Of a stretch of DNA of 64,000 nucleotides, positions 14,571 through 27,649 are shown in pieces (within the stretch, counting starts at the first letter, position 1; each line of letters starts with the position of its first letter). Made by a program: the position numbers and the translations under genes. The DNA lies in NCBI GenBank assembly GCA_016748015.1, contig JAAOMT010000307.1, positions 14,048 to 78,047 on the forward strand. Reading direction: 5' to 3'. The notes beneath the pieces are model-generated. The model saw nothing but the letters and a program-made list of their open reading frames with translations, was not told the DNA's origin and did no database searches. This DNA comes from Geosiphon pyriformis uo1 (Eukaryota > Fungi > Glomeromycota).

Positions 14571-14871
14571 CTACTGGAAATAAGATGACCAGGGATTTGG
14601 AAACTCTATACACATGCTTGGCCAGAGTAATGTCCATAATAATAGCCACACCTGAACCAAGATAACCCGAATCTGAACCAGAAATAAAAACCCTAACACC
14701 AGCAAACTTATCAGCAATTTACGAATGAACTTTACCCTTTAACTTCGTTTTTGTAATTATTGAAACCATATTGTTCATGCTCATGTGTCAATGAATAATG
14801 TCGGCTTGCTTAGAAGAATTATTCATCCCTCTAACATTGCATGTAGCTATTTTCTACACAAAACTGCTTAT
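14570..14871 (-). pseudogene. 3'-truncated first ORF2 start (about 95 codons of APE endonuclease)
   Basis: KIATCNVRGMNN...TKTKLKG...SGSDSGYLGSGVAIIMD..., then an abrupt switch to ORF1-type sequence near 14570. Confidence 0.8.
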
Positions 14872-16667
14872 TGAAAAGAAGATAAAGGAGGCACAATACC
14901 AGTTGAACTCAAACCATCCAAACGAGCTGTAAGGCTCATCACTGAAGCAGAAAGTCCTGCAAAAATGGATTCCAATTTCTTTACTTCAAAAAAAGCAGAC
15001 AAATTAGGCTTCAGAGCAGTCCCACCATTAATGGTCCCACTTGAACCCTCTCCTATCACTACATCACCCACATGATCCTGTAATGAAGGGGTCACTGGTG
15101 GCCTACATTCAGGGCTAGGCTGGGAAACCACTGGCCCAAGTGAATCCAACCTCTGAGCCAACTCACCAATTTGTTCTACGAGACTAGTGAGACTGCTTTC
15201 AATATTCTTCAAATGGTCTTCCAATTCACCATTAACAGTCGGAAGAGGTTTATCATAATTTATGGAACCAGATTGAACTGAACCACCAAAAAACACTATT
15301 AGAAGTGGTTTACCAACCATGAAGGCCCAAGTATTTTCACCGAAAGCCAAAGGATGAGAAACAGGAGCAGATTTTTTTTCATATATCTTTGCCAAATAAA
15401 ACTAATTCTGAGTTGAGAGAGGAGCTCTTTTGCTCCTAGGATTTGAGAACACACCAGCAGTACAACAAGTGAAAGAAGTATGACCAGAATTTTTGCAAAT
15501 TGAGCACAGTACAGCAGTTAAACAAGACCATCAAAGACCAACACCTTTTATAACAGGAGTGTTTGCCATTGTCTAAATAAGGCTACTCTCAAAATCAAAG
15601 CACACAGTGACACAGTGTGCCTGAACATAACTAACAGAACTGTATTCAATAACACATGTTTTCCCACTGACTGAACCAATGAAGTCCCAAAAATTATAAG
15701 TGTTGGTGCCCATGGAGAGAGTATAAAGCAAAGCCCTAAACTCGTCTCTGGCATCCCATGTTTGTTTGTCGACATCGGCCCAGGCCACATACACCACATC
15801 TTTCCCAATAAGGATGGATCACTTAGCTGCCAAAAGATCAGCCTGGTTTTGATCCTTCAATTTGACAATCGTCTTTTGCCATAAACCCACCAACTGCATC
15901 TTGATCAACTTAATAAACTCAAATTCAGAAATGGCTGCACGCACTGCCTCAGTAGAAGTTCCCACAGGAATTTCTTTTAACACAATTGCCCAATTTGTAT
16001 AATTGTTGATAGGGTGCTTAAGATTAGTGTTTACCACAATACCATGATCATTTGCCAACTGTGCAGCTGCTATCATTGTCTTCTCAGAAGTGAAAGATGC
16101 CTGGATGATTCCACCAAATTTTGAGAAGGTAGAGGCCCCTCCAAAACCATTTACACCTGAAAAAATTTTTCTGACAAAATTGACTTTTTTCTAAGAGGAT
16201 TTTCCAGCTACCACTACAAGATCAATATCTAAAGTAAAGGATTTGTAAACAGGCACTTGAACGGATGATTTGACTGAAAGAGGAGATGGAAAAAGAAGAG
16301 AATCATCCAACACATCATTTTCTGCATCGACAGTATTATAATTAATCACACCCAGTGGCTTTCCTAACATTTTCTTAGTCTTCACATGCAAACCCTTTGG
16401 TGTTTGATCAGGATCCTCTCCCGCAAAAGGACCATTATCATCATAGTCTACACTGGTTTCTTCAACCAAGCATTTTTTTTTTATGTTAATACTCTCAGAT
16501 TCTATAGTGTCACTATTCTCAGAACCTCATAAATGAGCACCAAGAGCTTTGGCAGCAACTCCTTTATTATCAATATTCTCTTTCAACACACCTTCCTTCT
16601 TCTTCTTCCTTGATACAACAGCCTTGAAACCACCCTCAGAACCAAAAGCTTTAATGGTTTTCTTCAT
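14868..16667 (-). pseudogene. LINE ORF1 (gag-like nucleic-acid chaperone with RRM-like region and zinc knuckle)
   Basis: ATG at 16667 is in frame with the ORF-track pieces starting at 16469, 16076, 15797 and 15395. IKMQLVGLWQK is shared with the other copies, and CSICKNSGHTSFTC is a CCHC knuckle (~15510-15470). Confidence 0.85.
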
Positions 16668-16949
16668 AACAACTGACTATTTTACTTTTATAATTGGCAG
16701 TATTATTTATATTAAACTTAATATTAAGAGCTTAAATCTTTCAAATAATTATTAAATAAATAAATATTTTCTTATTAACAATATTACCAAAAATATTCAT
16801 ATTTATATTATTTTTAATATTATACTTGGCTTTTAGCTTATTAATTTTTATATATAATTTATTTATTTTATTTTCAAAAGTATTAATTTTTTTTACAAAA
16901 TAGAAAAAATATCAAATAATTTAATTATTAAAACAATTAAAATACCAAT

Positions 16950-17650
16950 AAATTTAACAATAAATTTAATAAGTAAAACCAATACTATTAATTTAAGTTT
17001 CAAAAAAACCAATTTAAATTATCAACAAAATCTATAATAATAATAACAACAAAATAACCAAAAACACTATAGTAAAAAAACTAATAAAATAAAAGTTTTA
17101 TAAAATTTTATTTAAGTCGGTAATTGTTTTTAAATTTTTGAATTCTATTTTACTAATATTAATACTTTAAAAAAAAAAAAATATTTTGTAATCTATAGCC
17201 AAATAATCTGAATTTTAATATCTAAAACAATATTAACAATTATTTTATAACATATTTTATATTTTAAGTATTAAAATTGGTTTTAATATAAATGCTTTAT
17301 AAATTAAAAAAATTACTTAGAAAGCAAGAATTATTTTTTACATGTATTATTTTAAAATATTTTTATTTGAAAATATTAGATGCCAATTAAAAATTTTTAA
17401 TCAAGTTTAAATAAAATCATATAATAAAATAATAATAATAATACAAACAAAATCATTTAAAAATATGAAATTTTTATTAATTTATTTAAAAAACTTAAAA
17501 TAATTAAATATTTTAAGAACATTTAAACAAATTTAACTTTATAATTATTTAAAGTCATTGATAAAATAAAAAATATTAAAATAAAAAAATTTAACTTTTA
17601 TTGATATAATTTTATGTACAGTCATTTTTAAAAAAATTGGCTTAAAAATA
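16950..17650 (-). mobile_element. Extremely decayed LINE ORF1/ORF2 fragment
   Basis: Residual similarity to the endonuclease C-terminus (reverse strand aattcagattatttggctatag, resembling SDHLAV). Nearly all A/T. Confidence 0.35.
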
Positions 17651-19539
17651 AATGTTAAATAATATTATTTATTATTTTTTAACTATATATATTTCATTTT
17701 TTTTAATATAGCTTTTATTTTTTTAATGCTATGTTTTTTTATAAGAAAATAATTTATATTTTTACTTTGGTCAAAATAAAAACTATTTTTAACTAATTTT
17801 TTATTTTGGTCTTTAAAAAAAATTTCTTATATCTTTTATTAATTAAAGAAAAAAATATTTTAATTATTTAATATAAAATCAAAAATTATTTTAACATCTT
17901 TAATAATAATATAATTAAAAAATTTATTAAGAAAATAACTTTTTTAGCATTTTTTTATTCCGAATTATTTTATGAATATATTTTTTACAAACAATATAAT
18001 AATTTTTAAAAATACTAAATACTTTGTTTATAATATTTATAAAATTGTTAATTTTATTATGTTTTTTGTTAACTTATTTATTTATATGTAAAAACAATTT
18101 ATATTAATTTACTTGTAATAATTTGCAAATGTTTCTATAACAAAATTTATTTTATTAATTTGTGTTTATTATATAATAATATAGATTTTTTGAATTATGT
18201 TTTGTTTATAAATTAAATATATATTTGTATTATAAAGTTGTAAATACTTATTTTTTACAATAAATTGCTTTAACTAGTGAATATATTATATTATTTTTGG
18301 TTTTTTAAGCTTTATTTTTTAATAATATTAATATTAATTTATATACAATATTATGTAAAAATTTTATCTTTAAAATTTGGTTTAAAAAAATATTTATAAT
18401 TTTTGATAATATTAAAGTTATTATTTTAAAGCTATTTAATTTTATATATAACATAATTGCAAATTATTAAAGCAGAATTTGGTTATTAAGAAATAAATTT
18501 AAAATTAATATAAAAAAAAACAATTTGGTGTTTATATTTAATGTTTTTTTTTGTTTATTAATTTATTTGATATTTTTTTTAATAATATAATATTTTTTTG
18601 GTATAATTAAGATATTTAAAATAAGATTTGGCTTTATTATTATATTAAACATTAATAATTTTAGTTAATAGCATATATGCTATATATTATTGTTATTTTA
18701 GTTATAATATAAACATAATTATTTAATTTATAATATACAAAAAAAATTACATTGTTTAATATTTAATTAATATATTTATATAAGATATTTGTCATATTAA
18801 TTTATTTTATTTAAATGATAAAAAATATTTTGTTATGAATAAAAAAAAATAATAGAAATATAATTAATTGTTTATAAAAAAGTAAATATATATATAAAAA
18901 TAAAAAAAAGATTTAAAAAAAAAAGAAGAGAAAAAAATAACTTATTATTTACAATAAATTTATAATAAAAAATTGGTTTAATATAAAATTAGTGTTTACA
19001 AAAAGACTATATATATAATTAAATTATATAAAATCTGTATATATTATATTAATATTGTTTTATTTATATTAATTATTATATATTAAATTAATTAATTTAG
19101 TTTAATATATTATTTTTTTAAGTTAATAATTTAAGTAGCTTAATATAATTAGAAACAAATTGATTGATTATATTTTTAGTAATTACTTTTAAATGATAAT
19201 TACAGATTTAAAATATTAAATTATTTAAATAAAACTGTATAATAATTTTGAAACATAATAAAATCTGTTTTTATTAAATTATATATATTATTTCTTTATT
19301 TTTATTGAGGTTTTTTAATTTGCCAAAAAAAATTATATTTAATTTAAATTTTTAATTAAACTATATTATTATTTAGTTATACTTAAGTTGATAGTTTTGA
19401 TTAAAAGTAAAAAAAAATCTTTCTCTTGTCAATCTTCTGACCACGATAAGAGTGAAAGATTTATCAAAGTTATAGTTTTCTATTCTCCTATCTCCTTTTG
19501 TTTTCCATAATTATTTCTTTGAACAACCTTTTATTTGTC

Positions 19540-22465
19540 ATGATAGAACCAGTGAGCTCATCTGCTAATGAGTCTGGCTCTGGCTCGACTGGTTTGGGGA
19601 CCTGTCCAAACACCAAAAAAAAGTGAGTGGAAAGTGTCTACTCCTATAGTGCGTCATTTAAAAAACCGAAAAAGCCTGAAACAAGTGGAGGCATAGTGGA
19701 CTTGTTTGCTGAACTATTAAATTTGTTAGATATTGGTGACTCTGGAACAAAACCTGTGGTGTCTTGAGGCAGTGAGGTAGGTAGTATAGCTAGTAGTGTT
19801 AGTGATCTTTTTAACATAAAGAACATGGAAAATACAGTCGCCGAAGAGACCAGTTATGCGAATTTGGTTGCTTTTGAGCATGGTGAAAATAAGGATGAAA
19901 CAATGCCTAGGAAAACCTGTACTCGGACGTACATGTTGGGACACCCACCAAAGGTTCTGATGTTTGATAACATGAGTGATAATGATGACATTTTAATGCT
20001 TTTTTTTCCTAAGTTTGCCGGCTCTGTGCTATTGATTGAATCACGTGCAGTGGATACATGCGGTTTTAAGCCAGTCAAATCTTTTGCCCTAAATATAGAG
20101 CTGTCTGCTGTGTCCAGAAAAACCAATGGTGATAAGTTGATTGTAGTAAAAAAGATTTTTTATCAAATTGATGGTTTTAGGGGAGCTTTCACTCCCTCAA
20201 AATTTCCTGGTATTATTAGATCATCCTCTAGTTTGAATAAGACAAAGATATTGGCAATCAGTGAAAATATTCTAGTTAATGATGATCTTAGGAAAGTAAA
20301 CAGTTATTCAGATTGGGAAATTATTGTCAAGAAGATCCCAGTCAATCTTCCCAAATCAGCAATTGTGGCTGTGTTTTCTAAATTCAGAAAGATCATTTTA
20401 ATTAAGATGCAACTTATTGGTCTTTGGCAAAAGGCCCTGGTGAAATATAAATCATCTAAGATGGCTGATTTGGTTACAGCTAGATGGTCTATACTTGTGG
20501 GAAAAGATTCTGTTTGTGTAGTGAAAGCAATTGGTGATAAACAAATATAGATATTCAGGGATTAGCATTAGGCATTGCTTTACACTCTCCCAGTTGGCAC
20601 TACTGTTCATAATCTCTCTAATTTGTTGGATTTGTATAGTGGTAAGACCTATGTTATTGGCCATAATCTGGTTATATATGTTTGAAATAGGTGCGCTGTC
20701 ATTTGTTTTGCTAATGAAGCTTCCAAGTTGGCTGCAATTAGTTCAGTTTTGATCTTTAAAGGTGTGAGTTTGTGTTGGGCTGGTTTTTTTCTAGCCTGTT
20801 GTGCTACATGTAAACATTTTGGTCATGTTTCAGATATGTGCTCTATAGTGTTACTGGAGGTTTTTGGTCTCTTTTTTTAAATGTTGTTTATGCCTGTTTG
20901 CTGTGAATTCACGTTTTCTGGATGTGGTTGAACCTCCAGTAACTGAATTTATCTTCAAATTATCTCCTATAATTTGAACTGCTGGGCTTATAGTGGAATG
21001 GCCAATTTTGTGCCAGTTACTTTATTTAGTTACATTGTAGTAAATGTCAACTCTTTCCCAGGAATTGCTTGTCTGGAAGCTCACTAAAAATGTGTAGTTA
21101 CTTTGCTGTGAAAGTCAACTCTTCTACAAGAATCTCGTCTGTAGGCTACTCTAATAATTGTAATAAGAAAAATAAAAGAAAATAAAAGAAATGTAAAAGA
21201 AATGGGATTTTATCAAGGGAAACGTTTTCTATCCAGGCCTGGAGTCACTAACAGTTTACTGAAATTGGTAGCTAATCAATTTCGAAATATTAGTTGGGTT
21301 TTGAGGATTTTCCAAGTGCAATAATTAAAGAATTTTGGTTTTTCAAATTTATTTGATATTTATTTCATTTTGTGTATGTAGGAATGATTCTAAGTGATAA
21401 ATTTAAAGTAAGATACATTTTCTTGAAGAGAGAAGCTCTTCTTTTATACAACTTGTTATAACACTATTCCATGAACTTAAACTTTGCTCTTTTCTACAAT
21501 TTTGCTAAACTAAAAATACATTTTGGTGAACTACAAGTTATTTCTGTGAACTATTAGATATTTTAGTGAACTATCAATTATTTCGGCAAATTTCTACAAA
21601 TTTTGGCAAACTTTTGAATGTTATATAGTTTAAGGTATTGCATAATTGATCATCACACTTAGGTTATATTTGTGTTATACACAAATTGGGTTATTAATTA
21701 AATGATAATTTTGGATATTTTTGCTAATATAATAAGTAATAATTTGGGATGATAATATATGCTAATTAATGATAAGAATTATAAAGGTAATTTTATGCTA
21801 AACAGTATCTCTAATTTTGTTTGGTAACAGCAGATAGAAATTCTGGGAGGTGTGGTAGATGTGTAGTTACCCCTTGAGATCAAGCTCATTTGGCTGACAT
21901 TTATAAAAGAAGGCAGATGCCAATCACTTGTCCAGTTTCTTTTGGTGGTAAAACTTGGGCTCAGGTAGCTGATGAATCTCTTTCTCATGTGGTTTTCTTG
22001 GTTGTTTTTGGTGCGAAGTCGTATCCAAATGTCAAAATTCTATTAATGGGTTCTGACTTTCTTATGGTCACAGGTCTGAATGATTGCTTGGCATTCTTGG
22101 AACACTCTTTGGAACTTTTGGCTGAACAGGTTTCTGGCATCTTGAAAAAGTTGAGCTCTATTGAATTGGTACCTTTGCCTCTTGTTTCACTAGCTTCCCC
22201 TCCTGTCATCTCTGCTTCTCTGAATTTAAGTGCAAATTCAAACATGATGTTGGATGCTCCACAGGTTTTTTCTTTTCCTCCTATTACAGTCATTAATAAT
22301 GCAGCTTCTGATTTTGGTTTTAGTAGTTCAAAAATCCTGACCACCAAAGTTGGTGGTTTGGAATCAAAAATAATAGCTTTAGATGCAGTGGTTGATACAG
22401 TTTTGGCTAGATTGGATCTTTTGTGCTCTGGGTTGGGTTTGTCATCTGTTCTTTCATCTCAATGA
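19540..22465 (+). pseudogene. LINE ORF1 interrupted by a solo LTR
   Basis: ATG 19540 is in frame with ORF 19825-20550. Knuckle CATCKHFGHVSDMC. Removing the LTR plus 4 nt restores the frame into ORF 21890-22465. Confidence 0.88.
20849..21829. mobile_element. Solo LTR (981 bp) of an LTR retrotransposon
   Basis: TGTTAC...GTAACA termini (TG...CA, 6-bp inverted repeat), non-coding, and interrupts ORF1. Flanks ATAG and GCAG are consistent with a mutated 4-bp TSD. Confidence 0.85.
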
Positions 22466-25400
22466 GTGGTCTGGTTTGGAAAATTGCTACTTGCAACATC
22501 AGGGGTATGAACAATCCTGTAAAATGGGATGACATTATTTGTTGACACAACAACATAAACAATTTGATTTCTATTTTTACAGAAACAAAGTTAAAGGGAA
22601 GGATTTGCTCCTGGATTGTCAACAAATTTGATGGTGTAAGAATGTTTACCTCTGGCTTGGATTCTGGTTATTTGGGTGTTGGTGTTGTGATTGTTGTGAA
22701 TTTTTCTTTGGTGAGACATGTGTGCAAGATTTCTGAGGTGCCTGGTTGGCTCCTATCTATCAAGTTGCTATTCAAGAATAAACTTTTGGTATCAATTTTG
22801 GGGCTTTACGCAGGCACTTCTTTGGTGGTTCAGTTCTTTTAGACTGGAGAGGTTAACTCTTTCATCACTAAGGCTGTTAATGAATCTTCTTTTATTATTC
22901 TTAGGGGTGATTTCAATGAAAATAGTTTGTGTAAAAGTGCGAGTTTTAGAAAGTGCCTTGATTTGGAGCTAGTCAACTCTCTGTTGGGTAGTCCAGTCAC
23001 AAAAAGTCCTACTTGGGGAAATTTAAGAGGTGTGGAGAAAACAATTAATTATGTGTTTGTTTCCCCAAGTCTGATCAGTGCGATTGTATATTGTGAAGTT
23101 TTGGAAGTTGGCAAATATTATGATATGGATCACCAGGCTGTTTCTGTGTCCATAGACTTGGGTGGGCTTTTGGATGCACAGTTAAACTCTCTTCGCAAAC
23201 AGGCAAATAAGGATCATTAGAAGTTCAATTTTAAGGGCACTAATAAGATTAGATGAAACAATTTTAAAGATGCCACGTTGGCCAATACTACAATGTTCTC
23301 AGATAAGTTTGCCACCTCTGCAAGATTTTCGGACTTGGATGCAATGTGGGGCATTGTTTGTAAGATAATGGTTCTCTCAGCTAGTAAAGTGTTCAAAAAA
23401 AAGTGGTTCAAGAGCTTCGATAATGTTTTCACCAAGGAATCTTCAAGATTTCACAAATTGAAGCTTTTGGTTTCCAAAATTGTCAAGGCTTCACATGAGG
23501 AATGTGTTGCAAATTTTGAGTCTCTTATGGAATGTTGGGTTTCTTTGGATAATAATAGGACTTCAGTTGTGCAGAGTGTGATAGACTCTGGTGCTGGCAC
23601 TGATGGTGTTTATTCTGCTTTTTTTAGTATTAGGAGGTCTTATCACACATCCAAGCTCACTGAGTTTTTGAGAGCTAAGGAAGCAAACATCAGATCTGCT
23701 ATAAATAAGAGGATAGAAAGTTTTGAGATGGATAAAGGTTACACAATCAGAAGCATGCTAAAACAACCCTTTCACAAGGTGGTTTTGGATTATTTGGTTA
23801 TGGGTGATGAGTTGGTTTTTGAGCCTGATTTGGTGAAATCCAAAGTGGATAATATTATGGAAGGATAGACTAAGAAGCGTGTGATGGTCGATGATATTTC
23901 TAATACTTGGTCTCGTCAGTACCGATCTTTGGATTACATTTTTGATGAGGCCTTCTCTAGGGTAATGTGTGTGATTGATTTTGATGAGTTGTATCATGTA
24001 GTCTCTGACCTGCCTGATGGTAAAGCCGCTGGTCTCTCAGGTATCTCTAATGAGCTATGGAAACATTGTGATGAGTCAGTTTTGGGTTTGCTTCTGGTCC
24101 TGTTGAATTCTTGTCTGTCTTGTGAATTGGTACCTGGTCCTTGAAAAGAGGCTTGGGTTTTAATGATTCACAAGCCCTATGAGTGAGAGAGTGTTTTCAC
24201 AAATACTCATTCTATTGCTTTGATCGAAACAGCTTGCAAAATTCTCTTCAAGATTCTGTCAGATAGGATCTTACTGGCTTGCAGCTCTTATGATGTCCTA
24301 CATGGTGACAATTTTTCAGTTTTAAAGGGTATGACGACTCAATCACCTATTTTTGCTATTGGTTTAGTTATTGAAAACACTTTGGAGAAGAACCAGAAGC
24401 TTTGATTAATTTTGCAGGACATGCAAAAAGCTTACAATTTGGTTGGCTGGGAGCACCTCGAGAAGAGTTTGGTCAGGATTAAGATATACAGCAAATTTAT
24501 TCAGTTTTTTGGCAGTGTTCATAAGAATTGTACCAACCATATAATGACAAATTTTGGTTTGATGGATGACTATCACGTACATGATGGCCTGGACCAAGGA
24601 GAGGTTTTTTCCCTCCTTCTGTGGCATATATTTTATGATCCTTTGTTGTGTGAAGTTAAGCGTCAGAAGAGTGTGTATGGGTATAGGTTGAATTCTTATT
24701 TTGTTTTCAAAAGTGGTTGTACTGAATCTCAGGCTGGGCTCTCTTCTTTTTTTGCTGCTAGTGCTTTTGTTAATGATACAATCTGAGTTGGTAACAGTCA
24801 TATTGCTACTCAGCATATTTTCAATGTAGCTAGTGAATTTTTTCATATTAATGATATTTTAATTAATAATAACAAAACAGTGGCCATTTCTATCAATAGC
24901 AGAGTCAGCAATTCTTTTCTATCCATCAGTGGCTTGCCAATCTCTATCACCAAAAAGGGTGAATCTCATTGGTACTTGGGTATTTTTCTATTGACTGAGG
25001 GTCTTTCGAAGCCTAGTTTGGCTAAGGCAAATTCAGATGTTCATTTTTTCACCAATCTGGTCCTGAGAAAGGTGGTTTTGGATAAGCAATTTTTGTATCT
25101 GGTGTTAACAGTCCTCCATTCTATAATCAGCTATAGAACACAGTTCAGCTTTGTTTCTGTTGGTATGTGCAACAAATAAGATGCTCTGATTTGCAAAGAC
25201 TTGAAACTTAAATCTGGTCTCCTGCTAGATTTTCCTAGTGATACAATTCATCATCCTTCTTTTTATGGTTTAAAGTCCTTTTCGCAGTGTTAGTCTGAAA
25301 GTAAGATTGCTTTGCTTATTAGTTTCACAAACTCTAGTGGGATTTTGGGGTGTTTGTTCAGTCACAGGTCTCATAACTTACAAGTTTTGTGTTGACAGCC

Positions 25401-27140
25401 AATCCATCCATTGATCTCTCCTACTCATATTCATGTTAGTGTTTCTAATAATTTCTTGGCTGGTATGGTTTCCATCTTTTTTGACTGCAAGCTGTCTTTG
25501 GGTGGTTCTTTGGCCAGTGCTTTCTGGTTTCACAGTGGGGTTCCTATGTCTGTTATTCTTGGCGAATCTTTGTTTTTCAAGTTTTTGTCATTCCTTCGGC
25601 GTTATGACATTGCCTTTGTGGACCAGCTTCAGGATCGTCATGGTGATGTCTTTAGCTGGCTCATCTTTAAGCAGTAAAAGAGACTGAATCCTCATGGTCC
25701 AGTTCCTGAGTGGTTCGTATGTTCAGTCAAGTTTCTTGTGGCTTCCCATTCTTCTCCCTTAGTCTCAGTTGGTGTTGGTTTTGTAGACATTTGTGGTTCT
25801 GATAATTTTCTGTCTGTATGTGATTGTCTTTCTTGGGTTGGTGCTGATAGTTTGTCTGTGTATACTGATGAGTCATTAAAAAATTTGGGCACGACTGGTT
25901 GTAGGGCCAAGACTGCTGCCTTTTTTAAGAATGTTAACTTGGGTTTGGATATTAGTATTTGGAGTTTGGTGTTATCTACTTTGGCAAAATTGCAGACTGT
26001 AACATTGGCTCTGGAATGCATACCTGTGGTTTGTTCTGTTTGTCTGTTTTCAGATAGTCAGGCAGCCTTAGATGCTTGCATGTCAGAGATTAACTTGGTG
26101 TATCCTAACTTTCGCAATCATTGTTGAGTCAAGTGTTGGCATATTAGGAATGTTATATGCAGTAAAAATTTAAGGGTTAGCTCGCACAAGGTTAAAGACC
26201 ACTCTGGTGTGTTAGAAAATGATCGAACCAATAGCATCACTGACATTACAACTCTCTCTAATTGGTTTTTTTCTTCTCGTGTTGATGAACATTTTTTGTT
26301 GGCGGGTGATGGTATTGTCTTTGGTAACTCTAGACATTTTGTTCGAGACATTTTTTATACTGTTTGTTAGGCACATTGAGAGGTCAGTTTTGGTTCTAGG
26401 TTTCTATCTAAAAATTTGCATTTGCATGTTGATTGGCCTAGTTTCTCTAGGGTTTGGCATTCTGATTCACATATGGTGACAGGTTTCACCAGTAGGCGCA
26501 TTACTGATGCTTGTACTTACTTTATAAAGGCTTTGTACTATCGGCTTCTCATGGCTGTTCGAAAGCACATTTATAATAGATGTTACCCTAGTGTTCTGTG
26601 TCTGTATTGTGATGAGGTAGAGATGTCTGATTATGTCTTTTCTTGTATAATTGATAATTCAGCTCATTGTCAGGTTTTGGAATCCTGTATGTCTTCTTAG
26701 AAGACGCTTTTTGGTCTTTCCCTCTCTTTTTTAAGTGTATTGCAGCTGCTGTCAATCTGTGCTTTGGATTTTCTGGTATCCTCGGCTTTTTACAAGAGTT
26801 TTGTTTTCAAAGAATAGATTTAGGAGGCTGTTTTTATCTTCTATGATCCCAAAGTTGCTGGCATTAAGATTGCTGATTTTGTGTACTCTCTTTGTATCAC
26901 TTTTAGAAATAACATATGGTTAGTCCATGCCAAGCATCACGCATACATGAAAAAGAATGGTTTGATTCCAGTAGATGGTTCAATTCCCGTCTCAGTTTCT
27001 GGTTTGGTTTCGAGGTTTTCAGATAGTGTGGTTAAATTGCTTGGTATTACTGAAGCTTTTGGCATCCGTTTTGGCTTTCACAAATCTTGTTCTTTTTTTT
27101 AGGTATTGGTGACTTGGTTCCTGTTAATATAATTGCGTAG
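22462..27140 (+). pseudogene. LINE ORF2: APE endonuclease, RT, RNase H and Cys/His finger
   Basis: MSGLVWKIATCNIRGMN; TETKL; GDFN; DHQAV; LQDMQKAYNLV; DGLDQGEVFS; AFVNDTI; VYTDESL; LFSDSQAAL; KVKDHSGVLENDR; CLYCDEVEMSDYVFSC. Stops occur mostly at Trp, Gln and Arg codons. Confidence 0.92.
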
Positions 27141-27649
27141 TGTTGTTCTGACTGGCTTGAATGGCTGGTCATATGTAAAAAGTACATGATTTATGCTTAG
27201 TTTAGATTATTTCTTTGATGTATAGTTCTAAGTAGTGTTTGGACTTCACTCATTAAATATTAAAAAAAAAAAGTTGATTATTAAATTTTTACTTCTTTAT
27301 TATTAGTTGATATTTATTAAATTAATTTTGATAATATAATTTTTTTTACATAATTTAATACTAATTTTTATAATATATGTTGTAATTTTTTACATGAAAA
27401 TATTATATTTTTAATAATATAATAGCTTATATATATAACTTATTTTTTTCAAGTTTTGATAATAAAATTTTAATTAAATAGATATATAGTATAGATTTAA
27501 TTGGCATAAATAATTAAATATATATAGTAAAAGCATAAATTATTTTTAATTTACTATGTTGTATTAGATAATAATTGAATCTTATTTGTTAAATATTATA
27601 AAAAAAATTATTATTAATAAAAAAAACAGTATTTAGATTTTATTTATTT

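Larger units (their letters stand above)
9445..16700 (-). mobile_element. Degenerate chimeric non-LTR retrotransposon (LINE; APE-RT-RNase H)
   Basis: Poly(A) tail (T-run 9445-9458), a 3'UTR matching the second copy, and ORF2 and ORF1 fragments in the ORF track. Many in-frame stops. Confidence 0.92.
19393..27272 (+). mobile_element. Near full-length degenerate LINE (ORF1, ORF2 APE-RT-RNase H, 3'UTR, poly(A))
   Basis: Contiguous ORF1 and ORF2 homology with poly(A) at about 27262-27272. Candidate TSD AAGTTGAT at 19385-19392 and 27271-27278 (tentative). Confidence 0.93.

Noticed and set aside
9750-26351. Many 60-146 aa ORFs antisense or off-frame to the LINE ORFs (e.g. 9750+, 13944+, 21985-, 24406-)
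   Set aside because: Shadow ORFs of the retrotransposon coding sequence with no independent motifs.
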